The notes beneath the pieces were generated by a model. It was not told the origin of the DNA, ran no database searches, and worked only from the letters and a program-made list of their open reading frames with translations. This document shows, piece by piece, positions 55,047-64,000 of a stretch of 64,000 bases of DNA. The stretch is from Anaerolineaceae bacterium (GTDB lineage: Bacteria; Chloroflexota; Anaerolineae; Anaerolineales; Anaerolineaceae). Where the stretch lies: NCBI GenBank assembly GCA_040371255.1, contig BAABOD010000001.1, forward strand, positions 60,545 to 124,544, written 5' to 3'. Numbering within the stretch: the stretch's first letter is position 1; each line of letters starts with the position of its first letter. The position numbers and the translations under genes are program-made.

Positions 55047-56675
55047 TCAGGCGATCAAAATTGCCAAGCCGTAAGCAGGCAACTGCACATGGTTCTCAGT
55101 CAGTACGCTCTGGACTGCATCATTGCCACCAAAAAGCAGCTGCCACGCTTGGTTTTCAGTTTTAGAGCCATTCGCTGCCGCTAAGGGGATAGACACTTTC
55201 TGCTCGCGGTTAGAGAAATTAAGCGCAATGAGCGCTTGCTGCTCAGCAGCCGTGCGCTTATAAACTAAGACGGATTCGTTTTCTAGCGGGAGAAGATCAA
55301 GAGCCCCAGCGTAGAGCGCTGGATTCTCACGGCGCAGCTGAATTAGCTGTTTATAGAAGTGATAGAGGGAGTGTGGATCTTCGCTTTGCGCTTGAACATT
55401 GCGCAGCGGATAATCCGGATTGGTGCGTAGCCAGGGCTGCACGGAGCTAAACCCCGCATTAAGGCTGGCATCCCATTGCATTGGCGAGCGGCAGCCATCC
55501 CGCCCCTTATTAAAAGGCCAATAGCGCTTACCCACTGGGTCCTGGAGCTCGCTGCGACGGTAGCGTGGATCGCGCATACCGATTTCCTCGCCGTAGTAGA
55601 GGTAAGGCGTGCCGCGCACTGTTAGGTGCATACCTGCCAGTAGCTTTAGGCGGGCATCATTCTCGCCAGTGACGTAGCGAACCGAGGAACGCGGGGTATC
55701 GTGGTTGTTGAGGAAGTAATTCGGCCAAGCTTCCTCGCCATGGAGGGCATCCCAGAAAGCGATGGCATTGCCAAAACTGCGCGCGCCCCAAGGGGATTTC
55801 GCATAGCCGTAGTCAAAGCCGGCGTGCAGCAGATCTGGTCCGATATAGAGGCGGGCGTGCACAGCGTCTGCTAAGAAGGTCTCCCCAACCACATACCGCT
55901 CGGGATAGCTATCCACGATACCGCGGATTTCCCTGAGGAGCGGGAACATTTCCGGCTGCGAGGTGTCGTAAATATGCTCATAACGGTCAAAAGGCAGCAG
56001 GTGAATGCCTGGCTTGCGCGGATTATTGCGGAAGTCTTTATCCTTGAAATATTCGTTGAAAACATCTAAGCGAAAGCCATCCACACCGCGGTCGAGCCAG
56101 AAGCGGAAGACGTCCAGCATTTCCTGGCGTACTTCCGGGTTGCGCCAGTTGAGGTCGGGTTGCTGGGGGGTGAACATGTGATAGTAGTACTGATTGAGCG
56201 CACGGTTGTACTCCCAAGCTGGCCCGCCAAAGATAGAGACCCAGTTATTGGGGTAGTCACCATCGGGGGCAGGATCATGCCAGAGGTACCAGTCGTGGTA
56301 AGGGTTCTCACGGGACTTGAGCGACTCCTGGAACCAGGGGTGCAGGTCTGAGGTGTGGTTGAGCACGAGGTCGAGGATGATGTGAATACCGCGCCGGTTT
56401 GCTTCAGTGAGCAAGGTGTCGAAATCCTGCATCGTGCCGAACTTGGGGTCGATGGCGTTGTAATCGGAGACGTCATAGCCGAAGTCGCGATCGGGTGAAG
56501 GGTTGATGGGCGAGAGCCAGATGCCGTCGACGCCTAAGTCTTGCAGGTAATCGAGGTGCTGGATGATGCCAGGCAGGTCGCCGATGCCATCAGCGTTGGT
56601 ATCCTGAAAGGAACGCGGGTAGATTTGATAGATGATGCCGTGCTGCCACCAAAGTTTTTCTTGTGCCATCCTCAC
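55047..56675 (-). CDS. GH13 alpha-glucosidase / oligo-1,6-glucosidase
   Basis: WWQHGIIYQIYPRSFQDTNADGIGDL, DLVLNHTS, GFRLDV, VGE, NHD conserved regions. Confidence 0.92.
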   Translation of the reverse strand: MRMAQEKLWWQHGIIYQIYPRSFQDTNADGIGDLPGIIQHLDYLQDLGVDGIWLSPINPSPDRDFGYDVSDYNAIDPKFGTMQDFDTLLTEANRRGIHIILDLVLNHTSDLHPWFQESLKSRENPYHDWYLWHDPAPDGDYPNNWVSIFGGPAWEYNRALNQYYYHMFTPQQPDLNWRNPEVRQEMLDVFRFWLDRGVDGFRLDVFNEYFKDKDFRNNPRKPGIHLLPFDRYEHIYDTSQPEMFPLLREIRGIVDSYPERYVVGETFLADAVHARLYIGPDLLHAGFDYGYAKSPWGARSFGNAIAFWDALHGEEAWPNYFLNNHDTPRSSVRYVTGENDARLKLLAGMHLTVRGTPYLYYGEEIGMRDPRYRRSELQDPVGKRYWPFNKGRDGCRSPMQWDASLNAGFSSVQPWLRTNPDYPLRNVQAQSEDPHSLYHFYKQLIQLRRENPALYAGALDLLPLENESVLVYKRTAAEQQALIALNFSNREQKVSIPLAAANGSKTENQAWQLLFGGNDAVQSVLTENHVQLPAYGLAILIA

Positions 56676-56885
56676 CTCCGGGGAAATCTGCTTAGATTAT
56701 ACACTTCGGGTATTGTATATTTTGAGTATTATACCCTGCGATAAATTACTGAAGAGGAAAAAGTGGAGAAATTAATAATAGAAATATCTACTGGAAATAA
56801 ATAAAACTTTCCAATTACAAAACACTTGCAATTTCTCAAAATTATGATACTATATAGATGCTTTAAGAGCAATACTTTTCGATGT

Positions 56886-56914
56886 GAAAAGTGGGTGTTT
56901 CCCACTTTTCTTTG
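56886..56914 (+). promoter_or_regulatory. terminator-like hairpin in the nusA leader (possible attenuator)
   Basis: GAAAAGTGGG-tgttt-CCCACTTTTC followed by TTTG, 28 nt before the nusA ATG. A candidate promoter TTGCAA(56826)-16 nt-TACTAT(56848) lies upstream. Confidence 0.45.
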
Positions 56915-56941
56915 TATTAGAACTAATAAAGTAAGAGGAAT

Positions 56942-58846
56942 ATGAAAAGCGAGTTTGCCTTAGCCTTTAATGAGGTTTTAGAAGATAAGCAGCTTCCACG
57001 CGAAGTGATCCTGAGCGCCTTGGAATCGGCGATGATTGCCGCATACCGCAAATCGGTGGGCGCTTCTGCCGCGCAAAACGTCAAGGTCAATATTGACTTG
57101 GATAGCGGTAATGTGCAAGTCTTTGTCGAAAAAGAAGTCGCTGAATCGGTCTTAGACCCACGTACTGAGGTTACCTTAGAAGAAGCGCGCAAGTTTGATC
57201 CCGAAGCCCAAATTGGGGATTTGGTGATGGTCGAGTCGACCCCTGCAGATTTTGGGCGTATCGCTGCGCAGACTGCCCGCCAAGCCATCCAGCAAAAGAT
57301 CCACGATGCTGAAAGAAATCAGCAGTTTGAATACTTCAGCAAACAAGTTGGTGAGATTGTCAGCGGCGTGGTACAAGCAGTAAATTCGCGGCAAGCAACG
57401 ATAGGGTTGGACCTCAAAGCGGAAGGCATCATGGAACGCAAGGACATGATCCCTGGGGAGCGCTTCCGCATTCACGAGCGCATTCGTGCCTACCTTTATG
57501 AGGTTACCAACTCCCCTAAGGGGTTGCAGATTAAGCTTTCGCATACGCACCGCAACTTCTTGCGGCGGTTGCTCGAAAACGAAGTGCCGGAAATTTATCA
57601 TGGCATCGTTGAAATTCGATCGATTGCCCGTGAACCTGGTCAGCGTGCTAAGGTAGCAGTCTCTGCTACGCAATCTGGCATCGATCCGGTGGGGGCATGT
57701 GTAGGGCAGCGCGGCGTACGCATTCAGGCAATTGTCAACGAACTGCATGGCGAAAAAATCGATGTCATCGAGTGGAGCAGCGATCCAGCTGTGTTTATCT
57801 CCAAAGCGGTCAGCCCTGCAAGAGTGACTGGGGTTTACCTCAATCATCCTGATGGAGAAAATAAAACTGCAACGGTCGTGGTCCCTGAAGACCAGCTCAG
57901 CCTTGCCATTGGCAAAGAAGGGCAAAACGCCCGCTTAGCTGCCAAGCTTACCGGCTGGCGGATTGATATCATGAGCGTGAGTGAAGCTGCAGGCAAAGCC
58001 CTGGTTAAGCTGCACGAAGATCCTTCCTTAGCCGAATTGGCACAGCAGGAGGCTGAAACGGTTGTCCGCGTGCAAGAACTGCTGAAAAAGAAGGAAGAAG
58101 GCGGAACGTTAACGCTTGAGGAAACCTCCTTCTTGGCGCGTTTTGTGGACCGCGTTCAGCGGCATGGCGAAGCTATCCGCAGGGAAGAAGATGCAGCAGA
58201 ACAAGCCCGTATCCAAGCGGTGAAAGAAACGATCGACCCACGCGCTTTTGATATCTCGATAATGGATGTCCCTCTCAGGGAGCATACGATTTTTATCCTG
58301 CAGGAAGCTGGCATAGAAACTTTAGGGGATTTGATGCTTACGGCAAAATTAAATCCCGATGAAATTCTTGGTTACAACGGTATTGGTCCAAGAACATTCG
58401 AAGAAATTATGGAATTAGTCAATACCTTCAAGTTCCCGGAGGAAGCACCAGCCGAAGTTTTAGAGGCAACTCCTGAGGAAACACAGCAAACCCTAACCGA
58501 AGTTGCTGAGCCTGTTGTGGAGGTTGAGCCACAAGCAGAAACCGAGCAGCCTGAAGCAGAAGAAGTCACTGTTGCAGAATCAGAGCCTGAACAGGCTTTT
58601 GCGCTTGAATCAGAAGAAAGCGAAGAAAAGAGTTTTGAGGAACTCTTCAACATGGATACCTTGCTGCGCAGTAAAGAGATCCGCAAGGTTGCTCCTGAAG
58701 ATGAAGAGCTCACCGGTCCGCGAACGGGTAAGAAGTCCAAAGGCAAGAAGAAAAAGGGGCATACCGTAGAATACGACCCCGACAAAGATGAATCCTTTGT
58801 GCGATACAAACATCGCAAGGATGACGGTTGGGATGAAGATTGGTAA
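56942..58846 (+). CDS. nusA: transcription termination/antitermination factor NusA (with long acidic/basic C-terminal extension)
   Basis: N-terminal domain, S1 (GEIVSGVV), KH1/KH2 ([25 protein letters not shown]), HhH region, then an E-rich tail. Confidence 0.95.
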   Translation: MKSEFALAFNEVLEDKQLPREVILSALESAMIAAYRKSVGASAAQNVKVNIDLDSGNVQVFVEKEVAESVLDPRTEVTLEEARKFDPEAQIGDLVMVESTPADFGRIAAQTARQAIQQKIHDAERNQQFEYFSKQVGEIVSGVVQAVNSRQATIGLDLKAEGIMERKDMIPGERFRIHERIRAYLYEVTNSPKGLQIKLSHTHRNFLRRLLENEVPEIYHGIVEIRSIAREPGQRAKVAVSATQSGIDPVGACVGQRGVRIQAIVNELHGEKIDVIEWSSDPAVFISKAVSPARVTGVYLNHPDGENKTATVVVPEDQLSLAIGKEGQNARLAAKLTGWRIDIMSVSEAAGKALVKLHEDPSLAELAQQEAETVVRVQELLKKKEEGGTLTLEETSFLARFVDRVQRHGEAIRREEDAAEQARIQAVKETIDPRAFDISIMDVPLREHTIFILQEAGIETLGDLMLTAKLNPDEILGYNGIGPRTFEEIMELVNTFKFPEEAPAEVLEATPEETQQTLTEVAEPVVEVEPQAETEQPEAEEVTVAESEPEQAFALESEESEEKSFEELFNMDTLLRSKEIRKVAPEDEELTGPRTGKKSKGKKKKGHTVEYDPDKDESFVRYKHRKDDGWDEDW

Positions 58847-58877
58847 GTTGAGAGCTAAACATTAGAGCAGAGAAAAG

Positions 58878-59216
58878 GTGGCAGCAAAAAGCAAAAGCAA
58901 ACCAAAGCACATTCCGCAACGCACTTGCGTAGGATGCCGGCAAGTTTTACCCAAACGCAACCTGATCCGTGTGGTTCGCACGGAAGAAGGTGTCCGGGTT
59001 GACCCCACGGGGAAACTTGCCGGAAGAGGGGCTTATCTACATGATGCGAAACGTTGCTGGGAGCAAGGGCTGAAAGGCTCACTTGCAAATGCTTTGCGCA
59101 CTTCAATCTCTGAGCAGGATCTGGTCGCATTGACTGCGTACATGGAAGGTTTACCTGAAGAGGCACCGGCAGAAGAGGGTGCACCTCAGGCAGGAAAACG
59201 ACTTAAGGAAGAATGA
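58878..59216 (+). CDS. ylxR: YlxR/RnpM family (DUF448) RNA-binding protein
   Basis: PQRTCVGCRQVLPKRNLIRVV...GRGAYLH signature. GTG start. Located between nusA and infB. Confidence 0.85.
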   Translation: MAAKSKSKPKHIPQRTCVGCRQVLPKRNLIRVVRTEEGVRVDPTGKLAGRGAYLHDAKRCWEQGLKGSLANALRTSISEQDLVALTAYMEGLPEEAPAEEGAPQAGKRLKEE

Positions 59217-59298
59217 CCATGTAACGCCTTCCCGGCTCGGCTCATAGATTTGCACGTAAAGTTGCCACCGATTACGAATAGAAAAAGTGAGGTGGAAT

Positions 59299-61086
59299 AT
59301 GAGCAATGACGGGAAGAAAACAATAACACTCCCATACAGTATGAGCGTACGCGAGCTGGCGAATGAGCTCGATACCAGCGCTGTGCAGGTCATCAAGATT
59401 TTGATGTCTAACGGCGTGATGGCGAGCATTAATCAGCAGATTGATTTTGATACGGCGGCAGTCGTTGCCACCGAATTGGGGTATACACCTCAGGTTCAAC
59501 AAGAGGAAGAGGTCAAGGAAGAAGAGACTGGCGAGGTGCCTCTTTGGCGCCGCGTAATCCTTGAAGAGGATCCGGCAAAGTTGGTAAATCGACCCCCGGT
59601 AATAACCATCCTTGGGCATGTTGACCATGGGAAGACCACCTTGTTGGATGCCATCCGGCATACCAATGTGGCTGAAGGCGAAGCTGGTGGTATCACCCAA
59701 CATATCGGCGCCTATCAGGTTACGCACAAGGGGCGGTTGATTACTTTCTTAGATACCCCCGGTCACGCGGCATTCACGTCTATGCGCGCTCGTGGTGCGC
59801 AAGGTGCAGATATTGTTGTGTTGGTGGTGGCAGCTGATGACGGAGTGCAACCACAAACCCGAGAAGCGGCTAACCATGCTAAAGCGGCAAAAGTGCCGAT
59901 TATCGTTGCACTCAATAAAATTGATAAATCAGATGCCAACCCCGATCGCGTCAAGCGGCAATTAGCCGATATCGGCTTGCAGCCAGATGAATGGGAAGGA
60001 GACACCTTTGTCGTACCGGTCTCAGCTAAGACGAAGCAAGGTCTGGATGACCTGCTGGAAACAATCTTATTGGTGGCAGATAGCATGTTGATCAAAGCAA
60101 ACCCCAAGGGAAAGTGCATTGGCACCGTGGTTGAAGCCAGGTTAGAGAAAACGACCGGTCCAATGGCAACGCTTTTGGTGCAAAATGGAACATTAAAGGT
60201 TGGCGACGTCGTTGTGGCTGGCGAGAGCTGGGGCAAGATTAAAGCCATGTTCGATCAGCGAAACAAGCGCATAAAGGAAGCCCCGCCTTCCACACCGGTT
60301 GTAATCATGGGTTTAGATCAACTGCCTGAGGCTGGGGATCTCTTCCAAGTGGTTTCCAACGAGAAAGAAGCCCGCCAAATTGTTGCCGAACGCATTGCCC
60401 AACGCGAAGCTAAGCGCAGCGCCAAGCGTGCCACGCTTGAAGAACTGTTTGCGCGTTTCAAATCCGGCGAAACTAAAGAGCTTCGCCTGATCCTAAAAGC
60501 GGATGTTTATGGATCTTTGGAGCCCATTGTCAACTCTTTAGAAGAGCTCGGCAAAAAAGAAAAAGACATGGTCATCAATGTCCTGCATGCTGAAACCGGA
60601 AATATCACGGAATCTGACGTAATGTTAGCTGCCGCTTCGGAGGCAATTATCTTAGGTTTCAACGTAGAAGCTGACCAAGATGTGCGCCACTTAGCAGAAA
60701 ATGAAGGTGTATCCATCCGCATTTACAACATCATCTATCGATTGTTGGAGGATGTGGAAAAAGCGCTTAAGGGTTTGCTTGAGCCGGAAATGGTCGAGAA
60801 AGTCATTGGCAAAGCAGAAGTCTTAGCCACTTTCAAGATTTCTAAAAGCAATGTGGTTGCCGGATGCCGGGTTATTGAGGGAGAAATTCGGCGGAATGCT
60901 TCTGTGCGCGTCATCCGAAACGATCAGGTCATTCATACTGGCGAGGTTGCTTCGCTGAAACGTGAAAAAGACGACGTGCGGGAAGTGCGCGCAGGCATGG
61001 AGTTTGGGATAGCCATCAAGAATTTTAACGACTTTAAGATAGGCGATGTTATCGAATGTTTTGTAATGGAACAATTTGGCGGTTAA
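59299..61086 (+). CDS. infB: translation initiation factor IF-2
   Basis: G domain GHVDHGKTTLLD, DTPGH, NKID. C-terminal domains. ATG at 59299 follows GAGGTGG. Confidence 0.95.
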   Translation: MSNDGKKTITLPYSMSVRELANELDTSAVQVIKILMSNGVMASINQQIDFDTAAVVATELGYTPQVQQEEEVKEEETGEVPLWRRVILEEDPAKLVNRPPVITILGHVDHGKTTLLDAIRHTNVAEGEAGGITQHIGAYQVTHKGRLITFLDTPGHAAFTSMRARGAQGADIVVLVVAADDGVQPQTREAANHAKAAKVPIIVALNKIDKSDANPDRVKRQLADIGLQPDEWEGDTFVVPVSAKTKQGLDDLLETILLVADSMLIKANPKGKCIGTVVEARLEKTTGPMATLLVQNGTLKVGDVVVAGESWGKIKAMFDQRNKRIKEAPPSTPVVIMGLDQLPEAGDLFQVVSNEKEARQIVAERIAQREAKRSAKRATLEELFARFKSGETKELRLILKADVYGSLEPIVNSLEELGKKEKDMVINVLHAETGNITESDVMLAAASEAIILGFNVEADQDVRHLAENEGVSIRIYNIIYRLLEDVEKALKGLLEPEMVEKVIGKAEVLATFKISKSNVVAGCRVIEGEIRRNASVRVIRNDQVIHTGEVASLKREKDDVREVRAGMEFGIAIKNFNDFKIGDVIECFVMEQFGG

Positions 61087-61114
61087 CGCCATCTAAGATC
61101 GATGAGAGGTTAAG

Positions 61115-61528
61115 ATGCCTTCACCTTTAAGAATGAAACGCATTAATGACCGCTTTAAAGAGGTTCTTTCAGTGATCTTGTTGACCAAGATCGAAGATCC
61201 GCGGTTAACTGATGTCTCCGTTACCGATGTCAAAGTAGATCGGGAGCTAGATTATGCCAATATCTATGTTTCCGCTCCCCAGGGGCGCGTGCGCGAAAAA
61301 GAGGTTCTCGAAGCCTTGAACCATGCGGCAGGCTTCCTAAAATACGAATTAGCCAATGAGATTGATTTACGGATTATGCCAAAGCTGCGCTTCTTTTGGG
61401 ACGTGACCCCGGAGCGGGCAGACCGTATAGACACGCTTTTAGCGCTGCTGCGAGAAGAACACGAGGCGGAAGAGAAGACCACAGAAAACCCAAGCGATGA
61501 AGGCGAGGCGAATGGATCAGCAGATTAG
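61115..61528 (+). CDS. rbfA: ribosome-binding factor A
   Basis: RINDRFKEVLSVIL...DPRL..VSVTDVKVDRELDYANIYVS pattern. Confidence 0.9.
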   Translation: MPSPLRMKRINDRFKEVLSVILLTKIEDPRLTDVSVTDVKVDRELDYANIYVSAPQGRVREKEVLEALNHAAGFLKYELANEIDLRIMPKLRFFWDVTPERADRIDTLLALLREEHEAEEKTTENPSDEGEANGSAD

Positions 61529-62465
61529 CGCTTTACTCAGCCAAGCGCACTCAGTGGTGGTGGTCTCACACATCCGCCCGGATGGGGATGCAATTGGCTC
61601 GCTGCTGGGCATGGGGTTAGCCCTAATGCATGCTGGCAAGAAAGTCCAAATGGTTCTGCAAGACGGGCTGCCCGAGAAATACAACTTTTTGCCAGGGTCA
61701 GAGTTGATCCAGCGAAGGATCGAGTCACCATTTGATACGCTGATCGTGGTGGATTGCAGTGATCTGGAACGTACCGGTGTGATTTTGCAAGGGCAAAATC
61801 CACCGGACTTGGTTATTGACCACCATAAAACCAATTTAGCCTTTGGCAGCCTCAACTATGTGGAGCCGCAAGCGGTGGCAACAGCTGCGATCTTAGCTGA
61901 GAAATTGCCTGTTTGGGGGCTTGAAGTCGATGAAGAGGTAGCTGCCTGCCTGCTTACCGGTATATTAGGAGATACCATCGGCTTTCGCACAACCAATATG
62001 AGCCCGAACGCTCTGCGCATTGCCGCAGATCTCATGGAAAAAGGTGCTGATCTACCAACTATCTATCAGAAGACTCTGCTTTCGCGGTCGATTGCTGAGT
62101 TGCGTTATTGGGGGCAGGGTCTAATCAATATCCGCTATGAAGATGGATTGCTTTGGACAACCCTAACGCTTGATGATAGAATTAAAGCTGCCTATCCGGA
62201 AAATGATGATGCAGATTTGATTAACTTGCTTAGCTCAGCCGCTAATTTCCTCATCGTGGTATTATTTATCGAGCAGGCAGATGGTAAAGTGAAAGTAAGT
62301 TGGCGTTCAGCAGAGGGCATAGACGTCTCGCAGGTTGCGTTTGAATTTGGAGGCGGGGGTCACGCTGCTGCAGCTGGTGCAGATATCATTGGAAGTTTAG
62401 ATAAGGTTGTTGAGTTAGTCCTTACAAAAACAAAAAAACTATTAAGAGATCGAAGGGTAAATTAA
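61512..62465 (+). CDS. nrnA: DHH/DHHA1 phosphoesterase (NrnA-type oligoribonuclease/pAp phosphatase)
   Basis: VVSHIRPDGDAIGS, VVDCS, IDHH, C-terminal GGGHAAAAG motifs. Confidence 0.85.
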   Translation: MDQQISALLSQAHSVVVVSHIRPDGDAIGSLLGMGLALMHAGKKVQMVLQDGLPEKYNFLPGSELIQRRIESPFDTLIVVDCSDLERTGVILQGQNPPDLVIDHHKTNLAFGSLNYVEPQAVATAAILAEKLPVWGLEVDEEVAACLLTGILGDTIGFRTTNMSPNALRIAADLMEKGADLPTIYQKTLLSRSIAELRYWGQGLINIRYEDGLLWTTLTLDDRIKAAYPENDDADLINLLSSAANFLIVVLFIEQADGKVKVSWRSAEGIDVSQVAFEFGGGGHAAAAGADIIGSLDKVVELVLTKTKKLLRDRRVN

Positions 62466-62487
62466 ATCTCTCGAAAAGTGAGTTCCT

Positions 62488-63414
62488 ATGTCAGAAGATT
62501 TCATGCTAGATAATGCAAATTTGGCGAGTAATGTCTCTGGTGTATTAGTCATCGATAAACCCACGGGAATGACCTCACACGATGTTGTTCAAATTGTGCG
62601 CAATGGCACCCATATTCGCAGGGCTGGGCATACTGGTACGCTTGATCCGCGGGCTTCAGGTGTTTTGGTGGTCTTGGTTGGACCAGCAGTGCGCTTGAGT
62701 GAATTTATCTCAGCCTCTGAAAAGCGTTATCAGGCTGTATTGCGATTAGGTTTAACCACGGATACCTATGATATGGATGGACGTGTGCTAACGAGCTCTC
62801 CGGTGAACATCTCTTATGAAGAATTGGAAGAAACCCTGAAAACATTCATTGGAGAGGTTGACCAGATTCCGCCGGCTTATTCTGCAATCAAGATCAATGG
62901 GGAAAAAGCCTACGAACGTGCCCGCCGTGGGGAAGAGGTTGAGATGGAACCCCGCAAGGTGCGCGTAGATAGCATTGAGTTACTCGATTGGGAATCGCCA
63001 GAAGCTATTATTGATATTCAATGCTCATCTGGCACCTATGTGCGCTCCTTGATCCATGACTTAGGCGAAAAATTGGGCTGTGGTGCTACCTTGGTTGGCT
63101 TGCGCCGTACAAAAAATGGGCGTTTTAGCTTACGCGATGCGGTGTCCTTACGCCGCTTGCAGGAAGCTTTTGTCAATGGCGATTGGTACCGTTTTCTCAT
63201 CCCCGCTGCAGAAGCATTGGGCGATTGGTATACCGTTGAGCTGACTTTAGACCAGGTCGATCAGGTTCGGCATGGCCACCGCGTGCCGGCTGTTGAAGAC
63301 GTACCAACCGATACGATTGCCAGAGCTGTAAGCGAAGAAGGCGAACTCGTTGCATTGGTAGAATATGACGCCGAGGCGCATGAGTGGCAGCCACGCAAGG
63401 TCTTTTTCCAATAA
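62488..63414 (+). CDS. truB: tRNA pseudouridine(55) synthase
   Basis: GVLVIDKPTGMTSHDVV, GHTGTLDP catalytic Asp motif. Confidence 0.93.
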   Translation: MSEDFMLDNANLASNVSGVLVIDKPTGMTSHDVVQIVRNGTHIRRAGHTGTLDPRASGVLVVLVGPAVRLSEFISASEKRYQAVLRLGLTTDTYDMDGRVLTSSPVNISYEELEETLKTFIGEVDQIPPAYSAIKINGEKAYERARRGEEVEMEPRKVRVDSIELLDWESPEAIIDIQCSSGTYVRSLIHDLGEKLGCGATLVGLRRTKNGRFSLRDAVSLRRLQEAFVNGDWYRFLIPAAEALGDWYTVELTLDQVDQVRHGHRVPAVEDVPTDTIARAVSEEGELVALVEYDAEAHEWQPRKVFFQ

Positions 63415-63495
63415 AACTTAACTTCTAAAGAATGAATAACCTCAGCTGGCTTGACGTACGCGGGGTTATTTTTTTGAATATTGACAGAGGATTAT

Positions 63496-64000
63496 TTGAC
63501 AAGATTTTATGAAGATTTGCCAGAAAAGCTCACGGAGCCACTATGGATTACCATCGGTAACTTTGATGGGCTGCATCTCGGGCACCAGGCATTACTCTCT
63601 CGCCTCAAAGCTTTAGCTCAGGCACAAGAGGCTCAAAGTGGCATGCTCACCTTTTGGCCCCATCCACGTGTCTTTTTTCAAGGAATTGATGGTCCGTTTT
63701 ACTTGACCACAAAAAGCGAAAAGCAAGAACTGCTCAAGCATTCCGGGTTAGACTTAGTTATCACACTTGCATTTAATCAAGCGTTTGCCAACCTTTCAGC
63801 AGCGGCGTTTTTTGATTTGCTGACTAGCCGGATAAATCTGCAAGGTTTGGTGGTAGGAGAAAACTTTGCCTTGGGTAAAAACCGTAGTGGAACCCTGGAT
63901 GTGATTCAGCAGATTTGTGCCGAGCGGGGCATTCAGCTTGAAGTATTCCCGCCTTTCAACTTGGATGGGGAACCAGTCTCCTCTGCACGCATCCGTATTG
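63496..64000 (+). CDS. ribF: bifunctional riboflavin kinase/FAD synthetase, N-terminal part (continues beyond window)
   Basis: Own translation: ..LWITIGNFDGLHLGHQALLSRLKALAQ... (FMN adenylyltransferase GxFDGxHxGH motif). The start is uncertain (TTG at 63481 or 63496), after an in-frame TGA at 63475. Confidence 0.8.
   Translation, partial: MTRFYEDLPEKLTEPLWITIGNFDGLHLGHQALLSRLKALAQAQEAQSGMLTFWPHPRVFFQGIDGPFYLTTKSEKQELLKHSGLDLVITLAFNQAFANLSAAAFFDLLTSRINLQGLVVGENFALGKNRSGTLDVIQQICAERGIQLEVFPPFNLDGEPVSSARIRI

Noticed and set aside
61497-61511. Upstream start for nrnA, overlapping rbfA by 32 nt
   Set aside because: ATG at 61512 is preceded by GAGG at a suitable distance. The conserved DHH-family N-terminus begins after it. 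The upstream start remains possible.

Overview
64 kb chromosomal segment, about 55-60% GC by eye, dominated by housekeeping genes. Gene content (mevalonate-pathway decarboxylase, LysM proteins with Pro/Thr linkers, MmyB-like regulator) suggests a Chloroflexota/Anaerolineae-like bacterium, but that is inference only. Recognisable core genes: PFOR N-terminus, uvrB, uvrA, a dinG-type exonuclease-helicase, rseP, myo-inositol-1-phosphate synthase, sod, proC, glmS, a class A PBP, a GH13 alpha-glucosidase, and nusA-ylxR-infB-rbfA-nrnA-truB-ribF. Several clearly AT-richer insertions interrupt this backbone. (1) A defence-like island at about 2.3-9.2 kb holds a DUF3467/HicB-like/HicA-like trio, a DNA methylase fused to an Mrr-type nuclease domain with an AT-rich central segment, a HEPN-like (RNxxxH) orphan and a 748-aa lipoprotein orphan. 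The two orphan cassettes are delimited by repeated copies of the methylase 3' end. (2) A HARE-HTH/Mrr/RAMA restriction-type gene lies next to uvrA. (3) A very AT-rich orphan carries a PD-(D/E)xK-like motif. (4) A secreted trypsin/PDZ protease cassette is flanked by a 39-bp duplication of the 3' end of a SAM-methyltransferase gene. (5) A small accessory metabolic locus holds a TIM-barrel enzyme, an EIIC-like transporter and an MmyB-like regulator. A modular, nested palindromic repeat family (GTTCTYGC..GGTCTCC / GGAGACC..GCGAGAAC ends, three hairpins, and a 25-nt module inserted into hairpin loops) occupies at least 8 intergenic loci and is densest around uvrB and uvrA. No rRNA, tRNA, CRISPR array, transposase or integrase gene was recognised. 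All family calls come from motif recognition by eye; no database search was possible.
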